64,000 bases of DNA, taken from NCBI GenBank assembly GCA_030141605.1, contig JAQGDQ010000522.1:91680-155679 (forward strand), read 5' to 3'. Of this stretch, positions 1-64,000 are shown in pieces. The notes below the pieces were generated by a model that did not search any database, had not been told where the DNA came from, and saw only the letters and a program-made list of their open reading frames with translations. Every line of letters begins with the position of its first letter. Position 1 is the first letter of the stretch. A program made the translations under genes and the position numbers. Source of the DNA: Tubiluchus corallicola. Lineage: Eukaryota; Animalia; Priapulida.

Positions 1-586
1 ACCCTAGATAATTCTGTGCACACTCAAATTTTTGTTTTACTGCAGTCTTTTATTTCACATTCTAAACCCTTTAAATAGTATTAACTTTGTTGCTCTTGTT
101 AAATAGTAATGTTCATATTCATTGCAACATTTCTTGTACATTGTGGTCGCCATTGTTCTGCATCTGTCTAGCGTTTCGCTCCCACTAGGGGAGAACATAT
201 ATCAGTTGTGAAACTGTCTGTTTCAAACTTAGCCACATGTTACATTTTCAAGAAATTATGTTTAAGCCAAAGTATGAATGTTTTCAAATGATTCACTTTG
301 TTTATGCAGCCAAACATTATTAAACTTTTTAACTAAAATTGAAATTGTTGATGGTAACATGTGTTAGCACCGAACGCAAACTCAGGCAACTACAAGTATA
401 CAGAAGAAATACTGAATTTTTTAAATACAAATTAAATTGGTGATTGTAATATCCATTAGCATGAATGAATTGAATGACAGTATTGAATGAATTTAGCATA
501 TACACGTAACTTTGTAAGAAAAACTGTAGCATGAAACCCGAGAACTAAAAGCGACTCGTTTTGCAATTACTAAAAGCTAAACTTAC

Positions 587-51917
<51,331 letters not shown>

Positions 51918-52005
51918 CTAATAACAAAACAGTCATGTGAGAATGAAGATTTCCCATATTCCGCTAATTTTCCACAATCAATTGTTGTAGTGCAGCAAGT
52001 TTTTA

Positions 52006-53040
52006 CTGCTTCATGTGAGCAAGGCTTTTGATACTTTGATAGAGGAATACTGTCTGATGTTTCAAAATCAGTTTTAAACCAGATGAATTACACGTGATAA
52101 CAGTCCTACTTAAAGATGTCAGGTTTCATATAATACTAGCCAGTACTATAAGAAGAACTTTTAAAATTAACATCGGTGTTCCTCAAGGCGACTGCCTCAG
52201 CCCGGTGCTTTTCACGTTGTATATAACCGATGCAGCAAACGAAGCTATTTCTCATACACATCATGTTACAATACCACCTCCGTAGAAAATCTTAGTTTCT
52301 ATATGGTTGATCGCGCTCATCCTGCACCAGATAAATGATTCCTAATAGAACAATAATATGCCGACGTCGTTGGGTCAACAACACAAAAACTTAAGAATAT
52401 AACATTTTACGGGATGAAGATCAATCCTGGAAATGTTGTAAATACATGGGATCACTACTTAACACGGAAGATGAAAAAAAATGCGATACAAGGGGTAATG
52501 TACAGTTTTATCGAAAATAAATCAATTCTAACCAGCAAGAGACTATCCCTCAAAACAAGGCTGCAACTCTTTAATGTATACGTAACTAGTATCTTCATGT
52601 ACAACAGTGTAACCTGGGGCTTAACTGCAACTCAGGAAGCAGAAACAAATGTGTTCGACAGAAGACTACCTCGAAAAATCTTGAAAATAAAATGTATCAT
52701 TTCATTTCATAAGAAAACCAAAGAGGAACTTCGTAGAACTAAAATCAAAATCAGAAGGCAAAGATACATAGGACATTTAATGAGACTGCCAGAGACAACA
52801 CTAGTAAAATTAGCATAAATAAACGAGGCAGTTAGACCTGTTAAACGACTTCCAGGCAAACAAAGAAACAACTTGGACATCAAGAATTAATACAAATTTA
52901 CAACAGCTGTGACAAAACTTAACTATAACGTCACAGGAGTTGAAAATTCTAGGTGCAGACAGGAAACAGTGAGGTCTCTGATAAAATAGAGAGGCTCAGT
53001 GTGTACAATAGACACTTAGAACAACAGAAGAAGAAGAAGA
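52006..53040 (+). mobile_element. 5'-truncated, decayed non-LTR retrotransposon (RTE-like LINE)
   Basis: RT motifs KAFD, GVPQGDCLSPVLFTLY and YAD; C-terminal RYIGHLMR; (AGA)n tail; 12-bp TSD AGCAAGTTTTTA at 51994 and 53041. Confidence 0.88.
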
Positions 53041-53619
53041 AGCAAGTTTTTAGCCGCCCATTGGGATCACACCAATTTCACCTTTCTTCAGCAGAAATAA
53101 AAAAGAAGTAACATTTCTCAAAGGAAGCGCTAACCAGTTCGGACTTCAAAGATTTCCCACATCTCCAAAACAAATTGCAAAACTACACGTGTTACAAAAT
53201 AATCCAGTTAGCTGACCTTTTGGGTCAATAATAAATTTTTAGTGATTGAAATGTGAAATGCAATTAATTAACAATTAGATTAACAGCTGATTAAACATAA
53301 ACAATTAGGCTCATTAATTCCAGCTTAATCACAATTACTAGGTAAAAATCTATAATTACAAAAGAAATTCTCATAAAGAAAAGACAGCTGAATCATACAG
53401 ATGTCTGCTGTATTACTGCGACACCTGTCAATCTTACACTTAAAGAGTTATAAAAAGCAATTTTAAAGTATGTATTAAAAAACTTTCCATACAAAGTTAT
53501 GTTAATTAGCATTACGCTTACCTGTTTGAAAGATGCGTGTAATTAGAAAAGAAAATGTTGAATAATGTAAATTTTTGCATCACATGTTAAAACAGCACAG
53601 ATTCACTAACCAAGTCATA

Positions 53620-54330
53620 AGTCATTTATTTTACATTACACATTTACAATGGTTACATGTACAATATCTAGTGAAAGGGGCTACAATGAACATAATACAA
53701 ATAAGAAATACTGCACAGGAAAAGCCTCAAACACTGTTCACCTATATACGAAGGTAAATGTGTTGCGGGTAATCAAAAAGCAGGGCTTGTTAGATTGTCC
53801 CACACAGTGATAGAAAAAAAGTAATGGAAATAATTTGAAAATTTAAAGGGAATCGTGTGGTAAAAAAAATTAGTGCTTCAGAATTGGAATGATGTAATGA
53901 ATGAAGCTCATATATGAGATGATATAAAAGATAGAAAGACTATTATTTGTTAATACTATGTAAAATTAAGATAACTTGATTAAGATAACACCACTGTTTT
54001 GCAACTACTGTGAGGATGGATACTGATAGAAGTTTTGATTACTCACTCATGCTTACTTAAAATTTGATTTTTTTAGCATTTTTTTAAAACTAGTAATAGA
54101 TCTGCTATTTTTTGCAGATTGACAAATCTCATTCCAGACTTTTGGTCCTTGAAATATTATAAAATGTTTAGCTATGTTTTACTGCGTACAATTGGTTCAC
54201 CAAAAATAATCACATTATTTGTCTCATTTAGAAGGTACAGTGATTTATCACTTTGCTTAGTTAGTGACGTGTGTGCTACGAATACTTTGATTATTTTTTC
54301 AAACTTCATGCAATGTTATCTAAACTTGTT
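53620..54330 (-). mobile_element. Probable L2/CR1-like LINE 3' remnant
   Basis: Minus strand near 54130-54152 reads QGPKVWNE, typical of L2/CR1 ORF2 C-termini; boundaries approximate. Confidence 0.45.
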
Positions 54331-55999
54331 TCGAGTGAATTACTATTAAAATGGCTGTGCCTTGGTCATTGTGGGAGTTTAATTTTCATGCTTTATACAG
54401 CATTCCTGCTAATGCAAGTTTTGTACACAATGAAACAACACGAAATCTTAAAACGAAGTTTTTTAGCTTTAAGTAAGAAATCTGTTTACTTGTCCTTTAA
54501 CACGCCACCCTAAAGTTAACGCAGAAAACATTTTTACAGCTGAAACTCCGCAGGCGTTTGTTTTTCCACCAACACCAGGCGAGGATTCGTGTCGCGCACA
54601 CATTCCAGACATGTGAGTACATTACCGCATGCCTATGTGCTCTCATGTTGCAGGGCTCGGTGAGAATCTCGTAAGAAACTTACACAATGCAACTAAAGTT
54701 AGCCATAAATAACAAAAATACCAAGTTCAAAGGGAAGTAAATGCAATTTTAAAGTACGGAAAAATCCGGAAATCCTGTATCAAAGCTTCCTTATCACTTG
54801 GGCTATATTCTTAGCATTACGTTTACACGGCTTGAAAGACTTATGTAACTAGAAATGAAAATTCTTGAATGTTTGCACGTCTGGTAAAAAGTGGTAAAAT
54901 GTAACTGACTCACCATCCCAGGGTGCAACACTGTTTCACCAAAAAACACATTGTTGATCTTACTGACAATATGAAGTAATTTAAAATTAAGAAGTTAAAT
55001 TAATTAAACTATTTTAAGAGCAAAAATGGCAAAATACTAAAATTTAAGAAATGGAAAAATTCACATTAACTAATTTTGAGCTGCATTACGGGCAAAGTGC
55101 CTCGTCAAAAATGCATGATGTTCATAGATTTGTGTGACATTGGCATTTCAAACTTGCTGCGGTAACACCCGTGTGTCCTCAAATACGTAAACAAACTAAC
55201 CTAATCAGCTGTTTTGCGCGCATGCGCTGTATGTAATGGCAAAAACGTTAGACATAGCTTTGCTTAGTTATTGAAGTCAGTAATAAAGGAAAGTCAAATA
55301 TTTTCTCTTTGCCCAACGTCATGACAATCCTTTCTCATTGATCCAGGCAAAGACAAACCAGTTTCAAAGTTAGTGCAAAATTTTGTTAAATATTCGCCTA
55401 ATTTAACAATGATGTTTTCAGTTTTCAAAACCTTTATAGTAGTATTACATGACTACACTTAGATAACTCAAATGGCTACAAAAAATGGTTGAAAAAAGAA
55501 AAATTCTCACTAGAAATTTTTCTGCACATGCACATATGAAACAAACAATGGCATCTGTTGAGACCTCTGTTGGAAATTATTCAAAGCATAAACTGATATC
55601 ACATATAACAAATGTTTGAAATGAGAGAACCATTTTATTTTGCCCTACCATTCCATTTTACCCCATTTTCCCCTACCTATTATTTTCAGGAAAGTTTTAC
55701 TTTTAACCACGAATAGTTAGCAATAACACAACTGTGAGCACATTTTGCCACGTAAGATGTGGGAATGCTTTTTGACAAAGAATAATACCAGTTGAAAAGC
55801 AAAAGATATTTCAAGTTAATCAATATTTTCACAACTCAGCCCGACGTACTGAAAGTGACTTATCTAAAGATCAGATAATTTGTTACATGGAAACTGTTTA
55901 GACTATAAAAATTTCTGCCAATTTCTAGACAAAGCAACGTTTGTGATGTGTAGCACCAATGCATGTAATTTTGCATCATAGATTGGGAATTTTTTACAA

Positions 56000-56700
56000 T
56001 TGACACTTTCTTTATGCCTTATGGCATCAAGTAATCTGGAAGCTTTACAAATTACCCGGAACGAAATTCTCAAACTAATATATCATGTAAGATATGACCA
56101 TCCCACAAATATAATTTATTTGTCTGTTATAACTCTTAAAGTGAAAGAAATATATGACATGTATTGTCTTCATTTCATGTATCAGTATCATAATTCACTA
56201 CTTCCACCAGCTTGTCAGTCATACTTTAGTCCAGTTTCAAATCAACATGATCATTACACAAGATATTCGGTCAGAAACTATGTACTTCCTCTTCCAAAAA
56301 CAAATATAATGAAACAGTCATCAAAATATAACACTACTAAACAACACTAAAATATGGTCATCAATTCCGCGTGAAATGAAAACTCTTAATTTTTATCAAC
56401 TTAAAAAAGCATCAAAGAATTACCTACTACAACAGTATAATTAACTCACAATTTTACTCATCCTGATCTCAAGTTACTAACAGAACTTACTGTGTTCTAA
56501 TGTACGTTATAACTGATGAAAATACTATGTAATATTAATTGTCAATTGTTCCACTTATCTGGAGGGGGACTCGAAAGCTTAATGCTCCTTCCTCCTCCTC
56601 ACAGTGACTCGTTTAATTTATTTTATTTTATACTGTAATAAGAATTTGTATGTTTGTTTATATGTACGATTTGCTGTGAAATAAAATCACAATTCATAAT
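56000..56700 (+). mobile_element. L2/CR1-like LINE 3' fragment
   Basis: FMYQYHNSLLPP...F...HDHYTR...KY motif typical of L2/CR1 ORF2 end; second copy at 37417. Confidence 0.72.
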
Positions 56701-57134
56701 TCAAAATTTCCAGTGTTTCCAGCTGCTATTCTTATCAATATAAATACTGACTGCTGGGCAAAATCACATATTGACTAACAACAGTTATAACTAACACCCT
56801 TGAAATTTCGAATCAGTTTATTTGTTGCCAAGAAAGGACTGACTGCAGATTTGAATTTCGGCTACAGACTGAAACTTTGAATCGTTTTGAAAGGTCACTC
56901 AAAAATCAAAACCCGAGTTTTGAAACTTTTCAGAATATTGACATGATATTAGCAGAGTTGATATGAAATCACCTTACAGCAATGAAAGGGAAAATGTAAA
57001 CAACAAACTTTCTAGACAGTTGAAAGACATTTCCTTTCAATTTAAATACACTTTCAAAAAGCATCAAAATTGGTGAATTTAGCAAACCAGGTAAATTACA
57101 GGTAGCTGAGTTGATTACAATTGTGCTGAGAGTG

Positions 57135-57632
57135 ATGAAAGTTTTGATAATCTGCACAGAAACTACTTGTGGTGTACTGGAAGTTTTGATGATCTGTAAA
57201 GAAACTACTTGTGGTGTGTTGGAAGTTATGATAACCTGCACAGAAACTACTTGTGGTGTACTGGAAGTTCTGATAATCTGCACAGAAACTACTTGTGGTG
57301 TGTTGGGAGTTATGATAATCTAATTAAAATTATTTGTGATGTACTGGAAGTTCTGATAATCTGCGAAGAAACTACTTGTGGTGCGCTGGGGTTCTGACAT
57401 CTTGCAAAGAAACTACTTGTGGTGTGTTGGGAGTTATGATAATCTAATTAAAATTATTTGTGATGTGCTGGAAATTCTGATAAACTACAAAAACTACGTG
57501 CAATGTGCTGGGTGCTCAAATAATCTGCAAAGAAACTACTTGTGGTGTGCTGGGAGTTATTATAATCTAATTAAAAATTAATTAGTGGTGTGCTGGAAGT
57601 TCTGATAATCTACAAAAAACTACTTGTGGTGG
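57135..57632. repeat. 42-bp degenerate minisatellite
   Basis: gaaactacttgtggtg recurs at 57159, 57201, 57243. Confidence 0.9.
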
Positions 57633-58475
57633 GGTGTAAATCCATAAACACATGACGTAAATCTTAGTAGTTTTAATCAACCCACCTTCACACTATTTAG
57701 AGGTAGAAAAAAATGCATAAATGTTTGCAAAAAACTTTTTTACATCAAAATTAACATTACTGGTGGTACAGCACTACACGGGTGTTTGGTTGTAAGAGCA
57801 GAGATAAAAAAGCCACGGCAAATACGGAAAGCATTTAGCAGGCTGTTGACTAATGCCATAATCTCTAAACCTCATGCAAGAAAAACAGCTGCACAGGCAG
57901 TAGACAGCTGCAAAAATAGTTACAGTTAAACTTTACAGCAAAGACAAGACTGTACCAGCCTCAGAGAGAATTGAATTATTTTAATCTGTGGAGAAAACGT
58001 ACATATATTTCTTATTTTGCTAAATATTAAGCAATTTTCTTAAACATTCTTAACTTTTTCGTAAAAATTCCAAAAAATGCTCCAAGACAAAGCTCAGACT
58101 TCTCTGCCAGTTTTCAGAAAGACAGACAGACAGACAGACAGACAAAGAACAAAAAATACATGAACAATTAACAACACAAGGCAAGGAGGAATTCAAATGT
58201 GTTCAACGACAACTGAGAACTGTGGTATTTAAAAAATCTCAGCCAAATAATGGATAAGAAAAAAACAGAAAAGCTTGCAAGCAAAAAATCTCTAAAAACT
58301 AAAAAAATTTACCAATAAAATTTTCATAAAAGAACTGAATCCAAAATTTTGCAAATAACTCAGACAAAAAACTACTGTCGCACTAGATGTGACGTAAGAA
58401 AAGGCGAACATTGTAAAACTGAGAAAAACTGACAAAACAGTCAAAGTTAATTCTTATTACAGGCACTTAAAAACA

Positions 58476-59451
58476 TTTATAGTTAAAAACAACAAAAAAA
58501 GTTTAAACCAGCAACAATTAAAAACAACAAACATTAAAGAGTTAAAATCATGCGAAACGTTTCGAGAGGCTGCTGCTGTCATCATCAGTGGTAAATTTAA
58601 AACACTAGTTAAGTAGTTAACAGAAGCCAAATAGGTAATGAATAAGCAGACCAGTAAAGAAATATCGATTAACAGAAGCAAAATAGGTAATGAATAAGCA
58701 GACCAGTAAAGAAATATCGATTAACAGAAGCCAAATAGGTAATGAATAAGCAGACCAGTAAAGAAATATCGATTAACAGAAGCAAAATAGGTAATGAATA
58801 AGCAGACCAGTAAAGAAATATCGATTAACAGAAGCCAAATAGGTAATACATAAGCAGACCAGTAAAGAAATATCGATTAACAGAAGCAAAATAGGTAATG
58901 AATAAGCAGACCAGTAAAGAAATATCGATTAACAGAAGCCAAATAGGTAATACATAAGCAGACCAGTAAAGAAATATCGATTAACAGAAGCCAAATAGGT
59001 AATGAATAAGCAGACCAGTAAAGAAATAAAGATTAACAGAAGCCAAATAGGTAATGAATAAGCAGACCATTAAAGAAATAAAGATTAACAGAAGCCAAAT
59101 AGGTAATGAATAAGCAGACCATTAAAGAAATAAAGATTAACAGAAGCCAAATAGGTAATGAATAAGCAGACCAGCAAAGAAATAAAGATTAACAGAAGCC
59201 AAATAGGTAATGAATAAGCAGACCATTAAAGAAAAATCAGTATCAGTTTCTTTACTGGTCTGCTTATTTATTACCTATTTGGCTTCTGTTAACTACTTAA
59301 TTAGTGCATAATAGGCCCTGCCTATATAAACTGGTTGTAGGTAAGTAAATTGACCACTGATGACGACAGCAGCTGCCTGTTAAAACGTTTCACATGATTT
59401 TTACTTTTTAGTGTAAAGTTTTAAGAAAGTTGTGTTGTTTTAAACTATAAA
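58476..59451. mobile_element. Penelope-like inverted-repeat element with hammerhead-like motifs enclosing a 52-bp array
   Basis: Arms about 58476-58665 and 59245-59451 are reverse complements, each carrying CTGATGA-N-GACAG...GAAAC-like core. Confidence 0.62.
58617..59235. repeat. 52-bp tandem repeat, about 12 copies
   Basis: cagaagc recurs at 58621, 58673, 58725 and onward. Confidence 0.96.
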
Positions 59452-60268
59452 CAATTAAAGTTACTGCAATGCCAGATGTTCGGAATTTCTGAGAAAGAGA
59501 AATTTGTCTGGCAAAATACAACCACCTGTCAATGGATGACGACATAAGAAATGCAGCACATTAATATACACGCCGAATGGCACGCATGCACAAACACCCG
59601 CAAATGACCACTGTAGCTTAAATCCAATAGTATCCAGCAACAATCGCTAAGCAGACGAAGTTTCCACAACGCAGAGAAAACTTACAAATCATAAATTGTG
59701 CAATCCTATCACTGACCACTACTGACCAATACGAACTGACCACACCACAGTTGACCACTTCGATCAGGTAGTTAATTATCAGACGTGTTGCGCCACTAGG
59801 AAGCCAGAACGGGAAGCAGGACGGCTTGAAACTATAGAAGAACCCCTGGTGGCCGCCAGCGGAAACAAGACTGGCTTCCCATATATGGGATGCGGCATAT
59901 AGGTTACAGCTTGAGTTGCCGTTGCGCTTTTATCAGCTGCGGAAGCTGCGTAGCTAGGCAACCGAGGGCAGAGAGGTAGTATCAACTGTTGTTTACAAGT
60001 GTTCCAAGTTAAAACAACAAATGTAAGGCAATAATTAGGATTTCAACACTTTGGTTGATAAATTACCAGCCTGCAGCCATTAAACAGTTGATTATCTGAT
60101 GTTAACAGATGAGTAAAGCTGATGACGCGACTCACCAGTTTGGTAACTCAATAAAGTGACCAGAAGTTATAACAATAAGGCAATTAACATTTGATTAACT
60201 GCCGAATATTGTTAAGTGAGCTGGCAGCCATTTTTACTGCTATACAGGCTGACAGATCAAGACTTGTC

Positions 60269-62356
<2,088 letters not shown>

Positions 62357-63029
62357 AGTCATTTTATTACTTGTTGAAATACTGCCGGTACATGTAGACT
62401 TCATTCAAGTATAGACAAAATAACAGCATTCATAACAAACATGGCTATAAAACAGAAAAAAACGAGAAAAATAAGGATAAAGAAATTGACTTTCAACCAG
62501 ATCTGACACAAAATTATACCTGCCTTACAGAATATCGAAGACACTGGTTTTACCACCAACCACCCAGGTTTAAAACATAGACTATAAATGCTAACTATTC
62601 CCAGATACTATACTAGTGGGATGACAAGGAATTTACAAGACCTGGCAATGAACTTAAAACCAGGATAAAAACTCAGAAAGCCGCATAAAATATGCAATTC
62701 AAAACTTCAACTTTCCTGCAGCAAAAATAGCGATCGTTTGTACATTTTAGCTTTCCTGCTTTTCTATTTCGACTACACGGCAATCTACAGGGAAGATTCC
62801 CGGAAAAGCAGGCACGCGCGAGAGAGAATTTTTGCCGGGACTATTATTAGCATGGCGGCAGCTGGACTAACCAGCTGAAATTAGAACAAGTTGTGTATTT
62901 ACCCCATGCAATACAGTTTGTGCTCTACTTTCCTGGGATGTATCCATTGCTCCGTTACCAAGACTACCTACATCCAATTCTGCCTCTTCACATCAGTAAG
63001 GTTACACAAAACTCGTTATGTGGGACTTT

Positions 63030-64000
63030 CATCACCAAAGTTACTCAGGTTCATAATACAGACCCTTAGCACCAAAGTTACTCAGGCTCACACTACAGAG
63101 TCTTATGACCAAAGTTACTCAGGTTCATACTACAGACCCTTATCACCCAAAGTTACTCATGTTCATACTACAGAGTCTTAACACCAAAGTTACTCAGGTT
63201 CATACTACAGAGTCTTATCATTAAAGTTACTCAGGTTCATACTACAGAGTCTTAACACCAAAGTTACTCAGGTTCATACTACAGAGTCTTATCATTAAAG
63301 TTACTCAGGTTCATACTACAAAGTCTTATCACCAAGGTTACATAGGTTCATACTACAGGCCCTTAGCACCAAAGTTACTCAGGTTCACACTACAGACCCT
63401 TAGCACCAAAGTTACTCAGGTTCATACTACAGAGTCTTATCACCAAAGTTGCTCAGGTTCATACTACAGAGTCTTATCACCAAAGTTACTCAGGTTCATA
63501 CTACAGAGTCTTATCACCAAACTTACTCAGGTTTATACTACAGAATCTTATCACCAAAGTTACTCAGGTTCATACTAGAGAGTCTTATCACCAAATTTAT
63601 TCAGGTTCATACTACAGAGTCTTATCATCAAAGTTACTCAGGCTCATACTACAGCGTCTTATGACCAAAATTACTCAGATTCATACTAGAGAGTCTTATC
63701 ACTAAAGTTACTCAGGCTCATACTACAGAGTCTTATCATCAAAGTTACTCAGGCTCATACTACAGAGTCTTATGACCTAAGTTACTCAGGTTCATACTAC
63801 AGACCCTTAGCACCAAAGTTACACAGGTTCATACTACAGACCTTTGTTACCAAAGTTACTCAAGCTCATACTACAGAGTCTTATCATCAAAGTTACTCAG
63901 ACTGATACTACAGAGCCTTACGACCAAAGTTACTCAGGTTCATGCTACAGACCCTTATCACCAAAGTTACTCAGATTCATACTACAGACCCTTATCACCA
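63030..64000. repeat. 37-bp minisatellite running to the window end
   Basis: ACCAAAGTTACTCAGGTTCATACTACAGAGTCTTATC units. Confidence 0.96.

Noticed and set aside
60119-60160. CTGATGA as a third hammerhead core
   Set aside because: No stem II or downstream GAAA.

Overview
Animal (invertebrate-like) genomic DNA, AT-rich, with no prokaryotic features. The window is an internal part of one giant minus-strand spliced gene of the titin family, most like sallimus/kettin (invertebrate I-connectin/D-titin). I reconstructed 28 GT-AG exons by hand between 587 and 51917 (about 9.3 kb coding, about 3,100 codons, 23 complete plus 3 partial I-set Ig domains). Splice phases are compatible along the whole chain except across the N-gap at 50282-51206, where an exon must be missing. 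The encoded domain order resembles the vertebrate titin Z-disc region (Z1/Z2-like, Z4-Z8-like), then an unusual linker-less three-Ig super-repeat largely in one 3,078-nt exon, then canonical kettin Ig+linker modules. Introns are filled with MITE-like DNA transposons (Tigger/pogo-, piggyBac-, hAT-Charlie-, Kolobok-like), a non-autonomous Helitron family, LINE remnants, a tRNA-derived SINE-like relic, two Penelope-type inverted repeats with hammerhead-ribozyme motifs, and many different tandem arrays, several abutting splice sites and carrying splice-signal-like motifs. Most ORFs in the supplied track are repeat- or gap-derived artefacts. Family assignments rest on motif recognition and remembered sequences, not database searches. 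I see no clearly new biological system; the best leads are the splice-site-adjacent arrays, the Ig super-repeat and the ribozyme-bearing inverted repeats.
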